This document shows, piece by piece, positions 37,987-46,359 of a stretch of DNA of 64,000 nucleotides. Source of the stretch: Verrucomicrobia bacterium UBA3841 (GTDB lineage Bacteria; Verrucomicrobiota; Kiritimatiellia; RFP12; UBA1067); NCBI GenBank assembly GCA_002392765.1, contig DGHT01000014.1:38951-102950 (forward strand). The letters are read 5' to 3'. The first letter of the stretch is position 1. Each line of letters starts with the position of its first letter. A model generated the notes under the pieces. That model was not told the origin of the DNA. It worked only from the letters and a program-made list of their open reading frames with translations, and did not search any database. The position numbers and the translations under genes are program-made.

Positions 37987-40900
37987 TTAATAGGAGAACA
38001 GATTCACCGGATACGACTGCTTGTACTTGTACGTCTTCATCTTGCCGGTCTTGGGATCCTCGTAGACGCCTGCCTCGTCCCAGAGGTAGAATCCATCCAT
38101 TCTCGGTTCCTCGCCCTGAACGAAAATGCCCTCGAACGAGACTTTCTTCTTCGTCTTGGCGTCGAACACGAACGTATAGCCGCCCTTGAAGATGCCTGTC
38201 GCCTGCGTGAAGGAGAGCGTCAGCCCGCTTGACTTGTCGATGACCGGCTTGCCCTTCGCGTCGATTGCGATTTCGACTTCGCCGCCGTTCTGCGGCTCGA
38301 CGCCGTTCAGGGTCGGCAGATCGGCGGAGAACTTGAGCGCATCATAGTAGTCGTTCAGCGACTTCGTCTTGTTGTAATACGCGCCGATAAGATCGACCTC
38401 GCGAGCAAACCCTTCGCCATACTCTCCCGTCGCCTGCGGATTGCGGCTCGTCCACTGCGCCGGCCCGCTTGGTAGGGTCACGCGTCCCGCGTGACCATCA
38501 AACCCGGCCGCCGCCGCGAACGAGCCACCCTTGTATGCAGACGGCGCCGCGTACAGCATCGCGAACCACCCCATATCCTCGTCGTACAACAGCGGCGACG
38601 TCGCACTCACACCAGTACCGTCCGCGAGCTTTCCGCTCGCCTTGACATTGCCGTCCTTCCCGACCGTCAGCGAGAGGTATCCGCCATCTTCCACCGCCAC
38701 CGTATACACGCCCTCGAACCCGGCGAGCACCGTCTTCGCCTCGGCCGCCATCGACTTGTCTTTCCACATATTCCGCCACATCTTCACATCTCCCTCGCCG
38801 AACGTCCCTTCAGCCACCGCATTCGGTAGGGCGCGATCACCGAGCGCGCCGCCCGTCCCGCCGCCGTCGCACGCCGCCACCTCCAACACCACCGGCATCG
38901 TAAACTTCCCCGCCTTCGCGACCGCCTCTACGATGAAACATTCTTCGCCGCCGTTATGGTAGGGCGCGATGACCCCAGCGCGCCGCACCGCTGCGTAACT
39001 CGCCGCGCTGAACGTCCAATTCGTCCCCCCTATCGTGATCTTACCGCTCACCTTCCCATTCGCCGCGACCGTCATCGTCGCCGAACCGAATGACTCCACC
39101 TCTTCCAACTTTACATTTTCCATTTTACACTTTACACTTCCCGTAAACGTTCCCGTCGCCCACGTCGGCAACACTTCCGTCGTCAGCGTAATCGTAGCGA
39201 TCTCCTTCTCTTTGCCCCTTGTCGCCGTGAACGTCACCGTAAACGTCCCCGCCTTTGTCGGAACGCCTGTTATCTTGCCCGTCTTCGCGTCGTACTTGAG
39301 TCCGGACGGTAGGCCGGCGACCTTCAGCGTCCAACCCTCGCCGATTATCGCTTTCGCGACATCCGGTAGGGTCACGCGTCCCGCGTGACCGCCGTCGCCA
39401 TCGATCACCGCCGCGCCGCCTTCAGGCGTCACCCCGGCCCAAAACACGTACTTTCCATCCGTCACCAATCCCGCCGCTTCGAACATAGGCGTGGTGAAAT
39501 TCGGCACGACGATCTCGAACTCGGCCGTGACCGGCTTCTTCACCGTCGCGTTCGTCGCGCTCACCGTCACCTTGTACACGCCAGGCTTCGTCGCCATGCC
39601 GGAAATCCTCATTGTCTTGGCGTCGAACTTCAGGCCGGAAGGAAGGCCCTTTACCGCGGCCGTGACATACGACCACGAATCATCCGTCACATAGACATCG
39701 GACAGCGTCTCATTCGGGGCGAATTCCGTCTGCGTGATGCCGAGCGTGTGAAAACCGTCGTCGTCTGCCATAATGAACACCGCCGTCACCATATTCGCCG
39801 CGAATCCTTCCGGCACGACGAACGCGAAGGACGGGTTGCGCCGCTCGTTCTTCGCGAGGTTCAGCGAATCGACAAGCGGGCCTTCCCAGTGCGCGAACAC
39901 GCTGCCCTTGTCGGATGTCGCCTTCCACGTCACCTTCTGCCCCACCTTCCATGTCTTCGGCACCGTCACCTTGCCAGTTCCGGGACGCTTCGTCTTAATC
40001 ACCTGCTCCGTGCCGTCGCCGTTGAACACGCCAACGCCCTCTTCCACGTCAAGCTTCACGCCTGTCGCGGCGTCTTCCGCAACCTCGATTCCCGCGCTCT
40101 CGCCTCCGCCGGAAATCTGCCCCTTCTCGCCCTCCGACGTATCGACAATCGCCAGCCGCGTCGCATCGCCCTCGCCATCACCCTTCACAATCCGTATTGC
40201 AGGCCCCGGTAGGGCGGTCACCCCGTGACCGCCGTCCCCCACCATATTGTGCCCATTCAAGTCAATCGTCACCGCACCCACGTTATCCGGAATCTCCACC
40301 GTCCCGCTCACGTCGTTCGTGAGGGTGACGACCATAGTGCCGTTCTCATCAAACGAGACCTGCGCAATGCCATCAAACAAACCTCCATAACACCACCAAT
40401 GAGCATAATACGTGACGTCCTTTTCGCCCATCAGCGTTTTATCTGAGATTTGTGAACCTCCCTCGCTCTCCGTGAACCAGCCAAGGAACTTGAACTGATT
40501 TCTCTGAACTTCCGGCAGCAACCCGATTGCCCGCCCCTCTTCAATGGCGCGATAACTCCAATCGCCATCCGCGAAGTTAGGATCGAAGCACACTTCATGC
40601 ACCGGCCGCGGGGATTCATAGTATGTTATCTTCAACGATTCAGGGCACTTCGCAAATACAGAATCTGGGATTTTGCCCTTAAGGGCATCAGGCAACTGAA
40701 CGCTCTTCAAGCCTCGGCAATCGTAGAACGCCTCCTCGCCGATGTATTTTACCGATGTCGAGACAAAGACATTCGTCAAGTCATCGCAAAGCGCAAACGC
40801 CCGCGAGCCGATGGCCGTGACACCATCGCCGATCACAAGACTTGTCACTCCCACAAGACCTGGGTCCGTGTTTGCGCACCCAGCGTATTCACCGTGTCCA

Positions 40901-43900
40901 TGACCAGCAAATGCCCTGTCGGCAATTCCCCTGATGCCTTGTTCGCCAGATATCACGTAAGTGCCATCAAACGAATCGTCCCCGGTAAGTTGCGAAGAGA
41001 CACCGACATCCTGCAAAATCCAACCGTCCACGATTTCAATTCCTGGAATGGATTCTTTATCTATGAAGCTACATCCCTGAAAGACGCTTTGCCCAACCGT
41101 GCGCACACTGTCGGGGATTGACACGCCCGATAAGTTTTGGCAACCGGAAAAAGCAGCCCCCTCGATTTCTTCCACACCCTCGGGGATGACAACCCATTCC
41201 AATTGTGAACAACCATAGAAAAGACTTCCTCCCACATACTTGACGCATGACGGAAGCGTCAAGTAGCGCAGCCAACTGCAGCCCTCAAATGCCCGACATG
41301 CTATGCCCCTGATGCGAGCATCTTGAAGAGCCAGGTTCAGATATTCCGTAGGATCGTCGTATTCGTATTGCATCCTGCGGGGGCTGTCGAGCCCAACTAC
41401 CCATCCATCAACAAGCAGAAGCCCAGGAATCGAATCGGCGTCAAACACATCATTCTCGTTGTCGACATCCGGAGGCGGCTCGCAAGCGCCTCTGCTGCTG
41501 CTCTTCCCATAGCTTCCAAACGCATCCGCATGAATACGCGTCACGCTGTCAGGAATAGATATCGACGACAGCTTGCACCCTTCAAAGGCTCGAGCTCCAA
41601 TAGACTCCAGTCCATTCGGCAGAACCAAACTCGTCAACGAGCAGTCTCTAAAAGCACACCCCCCTATCTTCGTTAGTGACTGCGGCAACTTGACACTAGA
41701 CAAAGCGGTGCAATAACTGAATGCATAATCTCCAATTTCCGCGACTCCCTCTGGGATGACTATGGATGTCAACTGACTGAATCCGCCAAACGCATCCCCT
41801 CCGATTCGCATGGTATCTGCAGGTATCGTTATCGTCATCTGTGATTTAAGCGCGGTGGGAACGCAGAGAAGCTCCTTGCCGTTCTTTGTTAGCAGCATCC
41901 CGTTTGCGTCGAAGAACGACTTACTATCCTTTTCAACGCTAAACGATTTGAGTTTCGTACAGTATTCAAAATCCTCCGGATCAACATACGTGACGCTCGC
42001 GGGAATCGTCACGCTCGTCAGTCCGCGAGGCACTTCATAAATCTCCGTTCCATCAGCCGACAACAGCAGTCCGTTCGTCGATGAATACACCTTGTTCCCG
42101 GCAGCAACCTTTATGGATGTAAGTTTGTATGGCCCGCTTGATTCGTCGACATCGTCGTCTTCGTCGTCGGAATACAACTCGCCGTCATAATCTTTCAGGC
42201 TTTTAGGAAATGTGACGGACGTCAGCTTCGAACAACCGACGAAAGCTGAATAAGAAAGCCACTGTACACCTTCGGGAACATTTACGCTCGTCAGCGACTG
42301 CGGCACGGCTTTGAGATACAAGTCCCCGTCGTCCATGCCAAGCAAAAGTCCGTTGACAGACTTGTAGTATTGATTTCCGGGCGCAACCGTAATCGTTTTG
42401 AGCGCGGGGCATCCATGGAACTTATCGTACCAGTCGTCATCGTCGTCTATTTCTTCCCATCCGCCGAACACGCTTCCTTCATCGCCAATCTCCTCGACGC
42501 TACTTGGGAATGTCACACTCGTCAGCTTTGCGCATCCCGCGAAGAAGCCGTTCCGCACACTTGACACCCCTTCTGGTATCTTGACAGATGTCGCCGTCCT
42601 CGACGCCGCCACGAGCTCTGTGTTGTCCGCAGACACAAGCAACCCGCCAGCGTATTTGTAGTTCCTGTTCCCGCTCGCAAGGCTGATGGATGAAATCCTG
42701 TAGCATTCGTCAAATGCGCTGACATCTATGCGCGTCACGCTTGCCGGGATGGATATACTTGTCAGATTCGAACATTCCTCAAATGAATAGGCACCTATGC
42801 TTTTCACTCCTTCGCCGATTGTAATGCCCGTCAATGCTTCGCAATAGCTAAACGCGCCGTTCGCAATCCCGCGATAACCGCTCAACGTAAAGTTTTTGGG
42901 CAAGTCGTCCTCGTCACAACCAAGCACCCAACCATCGATGGATTTCACGCCATTGCGCCAGGTGAAATTGAGGTTTGGGCAATTATTGAACGTTTCACGC
43001 CCAATTTCCGTGACAGCGTCTGGAATTGACACCCAAATTCTTCCACGAGGCACCGCAACAATCTCCTTGCCGTCTTTTGTCAGAAGCAGCCCGCCGGAGA
43101 ATTTGTAGTTTGCATTCCCTGGCGCAACTGTGATTTCCGACAGGGCAGGACAACTGTATCGGAAGACGCTTTCGCCGATTCTTGTAACACTCGCAGGGAT
43201 GGATAAGCTCGTTAACCCGTCGCATTTGTAGAAACCAAAGTCAATAGTCTCCACCCCATCGGCTATCGCCAGTGACGTTATGGTTTTACAAGAATCTCCA
43301 AACACGCTAGACATATTGGAAAGTACACATTCCGGCACGGTAACGCGCCGGATGTTCCCGCAAGCTCCGAAAGCATAACTGCTAACACTTGTCACCGATG
43401 CCGGGATTACGACTTCTCTCAACCCATTGCATCCGTAGAATGCATTGTAGCCTATCGACTCCAATCCACTGGCAAGTTCAAGGTTCGAAAGCGAACTACA
43501 TCCGTAAAACGCATTGGAACCAATAGACTTCACGCTGAACGGAATCGAGACAGACGAGAGCGAGACGCAGCTATAGAAAGCGTAAGAGTCGATTGATTTA
43601 ACCGTGACGGGAAGATCAAGTGTTCTCAGGCTTGTGCATCCGTAAAATGCATTGTATGGAATCGCAGTGATACTGACTGGAATCGACACAGATTCAAGAC
43701 CAGTGCAGTTCTGGAATGCGCCATCACCGAGAGTTTTCACGCTGACGGGCATCGCAACATTCCGAAGTCCGCTACAGCCGTAAAACGCATAAGACCCGAT
43801 GCTCGTTACAGAACTCGGAATAGATACGCCAGTCAAACTGCTACAGCCGTAAAACGCTGAATTACGGACTTTCGTAACTGGACTACCGCCAAGTGTAGAT

Positions 43901-44061
43901 GGAATTGTCACAGTGCCCGTGGCTGGCTCGACGCCAGCGACTTCTGCACCGCTGCCATAGTTCCAATACGTCCACGTGTAGCCGCCGACCGTTTCCGTCT
44001 CGGCCCATGCGCCGAACGACACGGCAACTGCCGCAAACATCATCATCAGTTTCTTTGTCAT
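37987..44061 (-). CDS. Giant (2024 aa) secreted BspA-type leucine-rich-repeat surface protein
   Basis: Signal peptide MTKKLMMMFAAVAVSFGAWA and a GGYTWTY motif, then dozens of ~23-25 aa LRR_5-type units (IPxSVTxIGxxAFxxCxxLxSV). These are followed by a Listeria-Bacteroides repeat (FLGWFTESEGGSQI), putative-Ig units (GLPSGLKFDAKTMRISGMATKPGVYKVTV) and a C-terminal module resembling that of 59273..63373. Confidence 0.85.
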   Translation of the reverse strand: MTKKLMMMFAAVAVSFGAWAETETVGGYTWTYWNYGSGAEVAGVEPATGTVTIPSTLGGSPVTKVRNSAFYGCSSLTGVSIPSSVTSIGSYAFYGCSGLRNVAMPVSVKTLGDGAFQNCTGLESVSIPVSITAIPYNAFYGCTSLRTLDLPVTVKSIDSYAFYSCVSLSSVSIPFSVKSIGSNAFYGCSSLSNLELASGLESIGYNAFYGCNGLREVVIPASVTSVSSYAFGACGNIRRVTVPECVLSNMSSVFGDSCKTITSLAIADGVETIDFGFYKCDGLTSLSIPASVTRIGESVFRYSCPALSEITVAPGNANYKFSGGLLLTKDGKEIVAVPRGRIWVSIPDAVTEIGRETFNNCPNLNFTWRNGVKSIDGWVLGCDEDDLPKNFTLSGYRGIANGAFSYCEALTGITIGEGVKSIGAYSFEECSNLTSISIPASVTRIDVSAFDECYRISSISLASGNRNYKYAGGLLVSADNTELVAASRTATSVKIPEGVSSVRNGFFAGCAKLTSVTFPSSVEEIGDEGSVFGGWEEIDDDDDWYDKFHGCPALKTITVAPGNQYYKSVNGLLLGMDDGDLYLKAVPQSLTSVNVPEGVQWLSYSAFVGCSKLTSVTFPKSLKDYDGELYSDDEDDDVDESSGPYKLTSIKVAAGNKVYSSTNGLLLSADGTEIYEVPRGLTSVTIPASVTYVDPEDFEYCTKLKSFSVEKDSKSFFDANGMLLTKNGKELLCVPTALKSQMTITIPADTMRIGGDAFGGFSQLTSIVIPEGVAEIGDYAFSYCTALSSVKLPQSLTKIGGCAFRDCSLTSLVLPNGLESIGARAFEGCKLSSISIPDSVTRIHADAFGSYGKSSSRGACEPPPDVDNENDVFDADSIPGLLLVDGWVVGLDSPRRMQYEYDDPTEYLNLALQDARIRGIACRAFEGCSWLRYLTLPSCVKYVGGSLFYGCSQLEWVVIPEGVEEIEGAAFSGCQNLSGVSIPDSVRTVGQSVFQGCSFIDKESIPGIEIVDGWILQDVGVSSQLTGDDSFDGTYVISGEQGIRGIADRAFAGHGHGEYAGCANTDPGLVGVTSLVIGDGVTAIGSRAFALCDDLTNVFVSTSVKYIGEEAFYDCRGLKSVQLPDALKGKIPDSVFAKCPESLKITYYESPRPVHEVCFDPNFADGDWSYRAIEEGRAIGLLPEVQRNQFKFLGWFTESEGGSQISDKTLMGEKDVTYYAHWWCYGGLFDGIAQVSFDENGTMVVTLTNDVSGTVEIPDNVGAVTIDLNGHNMVGDGGHGVTALPGPAIRIVKGDGEGDATRLAIVDTSEGEKGQISGGGESAGIEVAEDAATGVKLDVEEGVGVFNGDGTEQVIKTKRPGTGKVTVPKTWKVGQKVTWKATSDKGSVFAHWEGPLVDSLNLAKNERRNPSFAFVVPEGFAANMVTAVFIMADDDGFHTLGITQTEFAPNETLSDVYVTDDSWSYVTAAVKGLPSGLKFDAKTMRISGMATKPGVYKVTVSATNATVKKPVTAEFEIVVPNFTTPMFEAAGLVTDGKYVFWAGVTPEGGAAVIDGDGGHAGRVTLPDVAKAIIGEGWTLKVAGLPSGLKYDAKTGKITGVPTKAGTFTVTFTATRGKEKEIATITLTTEVLPTWATGTFTGSVKCKMENVKLEEVESFGSATMTVAANGKVSGKITIGGTNWTFSAASYAAVRRAGVIAPYHNGGEECFIVEAVAKAGKFTMPVVLEVAACDGGGTGGALGDRALPNAVAEGTFGEGDVKMWRNMWKDKSMAAEAKTVLAGFEGVYTVAVEDGGYLSLTVGKDGNVKASGKLADGTGVSATSPLLYDEDMGWFAMLYAAPSAYKGGSFAAAAGFDGHAGRVTLPSGPAQWTSRNPQATGEYGEGFAREVDLIGAYYNKTKSLNDYYDALKFSADLPTLNGVEPQNGGEVEIAIDAKGKPVIDKSSGLTLSFTQATGIFKGGYTFVFDAKTKKKVSFEGIFVQGEEPRMDGFYLWDEAGVYEDPKTGKMKTYKYKQSYPVNLFSY
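38471..38496 (+). repeat. GTAGGG-headed REP-like hairpin inside the LRR CDS (copy 1)
   Basis: GGTAGGG-TCACGCG-TCC-CGCGTGA-CC. The perfect palindrome GGTCACGCG/CGCGTGACC is read on the coding strand as GHAGRVTLP. Confidence 0.75.
38825..38850 (+). repeat. GTAGGG-headed REP-like hairpin inside the LRR CDS (copy 2)
   Basis: GGTAGGGCGCGATCACCGAGCGCGCC (arms GGCGCG/CGCGCC). It shares its first 17 nt, apart from one position, with the intergenic copy at 44093..44119. Translated as ..GDRALP.. Confidence 0.65.
39365..39390 (+). repeat. GTAGGG-headed REP-like hairpin inside the LRR CDS (copy 3)
   Basis: Identical 26-mer to copy 1 (GGTAGGGTCACGCGTCCCGCGTGACC), again translated as GHAGRVTLP. Confidence 0.75.
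40208..40230 (+). repeat. GTAGGG-headed REP-like hairpin inside the LRR CDS (copy 4, shorter stem)
   Basis: GGTAGGGC-GGTCAC-CCC-GTGACC, translated as GHGVTALP. Confidence 0.55.
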
Positions 44062-44092
44062 TTCAGCGTTCCCTTCAAATCGTTTTCCTTAC

Positions 44093-44119
44093 GGCGCGAT
44101 GGGGTCATCGCGCCCTACC
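44093..44119 (-). repeat. GTAGGG-headed REP-like hairpin between the AlbA_2 stop and the LRR start
   Basis: Minus strand reads GGTAGGG-CGCGATG-ACCC-CATCGCG-CC. It lies 9 nt after the AlbA_2 stop and about 32 nt before the LRR ATG. Confidence 0.7.
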
Positions 44120-44127
44120 GTTCCGCC

Positions 44128-45705
44128 TCATTTCACGACCTCCCAATGGCCGGTCTGCTTGTTGCCCTCACGACGGATAACTCCCTTTTGCACAAGTGTA
44201 CCAATCGCCGTGTTGATGGTATCTTTATTGAGGCCAAGTTTGGCCACCATCCCTCGATAGGTAAGAAACGCATCTTGCCTCAAAGCTTCATAAACTTGAC
44301 GACATGATGACGGCAAATCAGACCATGCAATTGGTCGGGTCTTGGCCGGATCTTGGTCGGGTCTTGGTCGGGTCTTGGTCGGGTCTTGGTCGGGTCTTGG
44401 GCCGATTTGGGACACTTTTGGGGCACCTTGGGCCGATTCTTGGGCACTCTTGGGCCGATTGGCCGTGCTTTGGCCTGAATCCGTGTAAACAGTAACCTTG
44501 ACCCGGTCAGGATCGTATTCCTCCGAGATGACAGGTTCAGGAAGGCCGTGTTTCTTCCAGTGCCCATATAGATCGGCAAGGCCCATGCCGGAGCGTTCGC
44601 CAATGTCGACGAGGGCGAAGATGTTGAAGATGTGCGAATTGCGTGCATCGCTGGTCCCGCCCTCAACGGCAACCGCCTTGTTGACGCGGAATACGCCAGG
44701 ATTGGAGAAGCTGATCGTCTCCGCCTGTTTCTCGATAACGATGCCGCGGCGACCATGATAGTCTGCATGGATAAGCGCGTTCGCCAGCAACTCACGCAGA
44801 GATTTGTGTATCTCGTTCTCCTCCACGCGCAGGCCCTCGGAATCTATCTCAAACGGCACCTTTACATGCGAGGTGATGCGATCATAGACCATCAGGTAGA
44901 AGTCGTAGATGTTGCCGCTCCACGTCGCGTCATGCGCGGCGACGCGATCCGTCCAGCGCGTATCGGTGGAAAGTCTTTCGCGATAGTCGAGAAAGAAATC
45001 TGGAAGGATATCCATGATCTGTCCGAACTCGGCAAAGCATACAAGTCCGGCGAGATTGGGATGCACCTTGCCGTCCTCGCCGCGTCTTGCAGCGCGAATG
45101 CGCACAAGGAATTCCTCATCAGGCAAATCGTTCCAGATGTGCCCAGGTTTCTTGGACTTGAACCGATTGCGATAGCTACGGATGGTTTTGGAGCACAAAT
45201 CGTCTACCGTCAACTCGTCAAGCAGACATGCATCGGCCGTCTCAACGCAGGCATCCCGCAACATGGCCTTCACAGACTCGCGCGGGCAGTGATAATCTCC
45301 CTCGCCATTGCGCCGAAAACTGCCGCTGAACATGTCCTTTCCGATGTAAACAGGGCGATCCTGGCGATCCGCCCGCGGCACATCTATCACGACCACATCG
45401 CGACCTCGGCATTTCACAGAATAGACGTGCCGATCGAAGAGGATATTGACGCTGACCTTCTCGCGATTGTTGACGCAATCCCAAAAACGCTTGATCAACG
45501 CTGTAGCATTGGACACGCCGACAATCGAAAACTTGCCGCCAACCTCCTTCACGCCAAGAACAATCACGCCGCCGTCAGTGTTGGCGAACGCGCTATACGA
45601 CTCCCAGAGGGAATCGGGCAGCCCGCCGGATGCATCCTTGCATTCGGTATGGACCACCTCGCCCTGCTTTACAAGCCGCTCAATCTGTTTCGTTGTAAGT
45701 TTCAT
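44128..45705 (-). CDS. Schlafen/AlbA_2-domain protein with HATPase_c_4-like core and C-terminal winged-helix (COG2865-type putative regulator/defence-associated protein)
   Basis: 525 aa. N-terminal ..[36 protein letters not shown] (AlbA_2), central [31 protein letters not shown], a repeat-encoded linker [23 protein letters not shown], and a C-terminal wHTH (..[23 protein letters not shown]). Confidence 0.8.
   Translation of the reverse strand: [525 protein letters not shown]
44331..44462. repeat. 11-bp tandem repeat (CAAGACCCGAC on the coding strand, about 7 units) plus degenerate CTTGGGCCGATT repeats, in the AlbA_2 interdomain linker
   Basis: ttggtcgggt cttggccggat (cttggtcgggt)x4 cttgggccgat.., then cttgggccgatt recurs at about 44427 and 44449. 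Three units (33 nt) encode [11 protein letters not shown]. Confidence 0.85.
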
Positions 45706-45719
45706 CGCCTCTGCTGAAC

Positions 45720-45728
45720 ATTATACCA
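45720..45728 (-). promoter_or_regulatory. Candidate extended -10 (TGGTATAAT) for the AlbA_2 gene
   Basis: Minus strand has TGGTATAAT 15 nt upstream of ATG 45705. The element also contains the stop codon of the truncated LRR fragment. The -35 is poor. Confidence 0.35.
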
Positions 45729-45891
45729 AAATCTCCGCCGTGTCGCCACTGATTTGGCACGTCCACGTGTAGCCGCCAATCGTTTCCGTCGCGACCAGCA
45801 CGCCAAACGCGGCGGCAAGCGCCGCCAACAACGCCAGATTGCGGACGGCTCGGCGAGCCGTCCCTACTAGTATCGTCAGTTTCTTGGTCAT
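45721..45891 (-). pseudogene. 5' fragment (56 codons) of a second BspA-type LRR gene, truncated at the AlbA_2 junction
   Basis: MTKKLTILVGTARRAVRNLALLAALAAAFGVLVATETIGGYTWTCQISGDTAEILV* parallels the N-terminus of the 2024-aa protein (MTKKL..ETETVGGYTWTY). The 5' leaders are also homologous (AAGGAAA..TTGAARGGAAC..ATG). Confidence 0.7.
45843..45867 (-). repeat. GTAGGG-headed REP-like hairpin inside the signal-peptide region of the LRR fragment
   Basis: Minus strand reads GTAG-GGACGGCTCG-C-CGAGCCGTCC (10-nt arms). It is translated as ..VGTARRAVR.. and coincides with a 13-aa length excess over the full-length paralog's signal peptide. Confidence 0.65.
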
Positions 45892-45926
45892 TCGCATGTT
45901 CCTTTCAAGTTGATTGTTTCCTTTGC

Positions 45927-46359
45927 GGCGGCTCGGCAGGACGCCTCGCCCTACCAATGACACTATCTACACGTTCTACATGTTCTACACGGCTAAAACG
46001 ATCCCTCCCGGCGCGGCTGGAATCCGCGCCCTACCAATGCGGTCGCGCGGGAGCACACGCTTGCGCGCGCACCCGCTTGCGCGCGCACCCGCTTGCGCGC
46101 CCTTCGGGTTGCTTTCAGCAAGGTTCCCTCCGAAGCGGAGCTTCTCCGGTGCATCTTCGGGTTCGGCTTACGCCGAATGTTCCCTCCGAAGCGGAGCTTC
46201 TCCGGTGCATTTCGCGACCCTACCGTTTTGACGCGGCGGGACGCCGCATCTCCTTGGCGGTCACGCGGGACGCGCGACCCTATCGTTTTGACGCGGCGGG
46301 ACGCCTCATCTCCTTGGCGGTCGCGCGGGACGCGCGACCCTACCGTTTTGACGCGGCGG
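45927..46359. repeat. Intergenic repeat mosaic: REP-like hairpins and four different tandem repeats
   Basis: REP-like elements at 45927..45955 and 46010..46035, both ending CGCCCTACCAATG on the plus strand. 9-bp YGTTCTACA x3 at 45963..45989. 16-bp CACCCGCTTGCGCGCG x3 at 46054..46101. 32-bp GTTCCCTCCGAAGCGGAGCTTCTCCGGTGCAT x2 at 46123..46210. Exact 60-bp period x2.4 at 46213..46359, each unit carrying a GTAGGG hairpin (46259..46284 and 46319..46344). Confidence 0.85.

Noticed and set aside
37987-44061. Diversity-generating retroelement or cassette-switching system acting on the LRR gene
   Set aside because: There is no reverse transcriptase, template repeat or invertase/recombinase gene in the window. 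Only the truncated paralog and the REP-like hairpins are present.
46213-46359. A possible small CRISPR array (repeats with regular spacing)
   Set aside because: The whole 60-bp unit, including the would-be spacers, is repeated nearly identically. There are no unique spacers and no cas genes, so it is a tandem repeat of REP-like hairpins.
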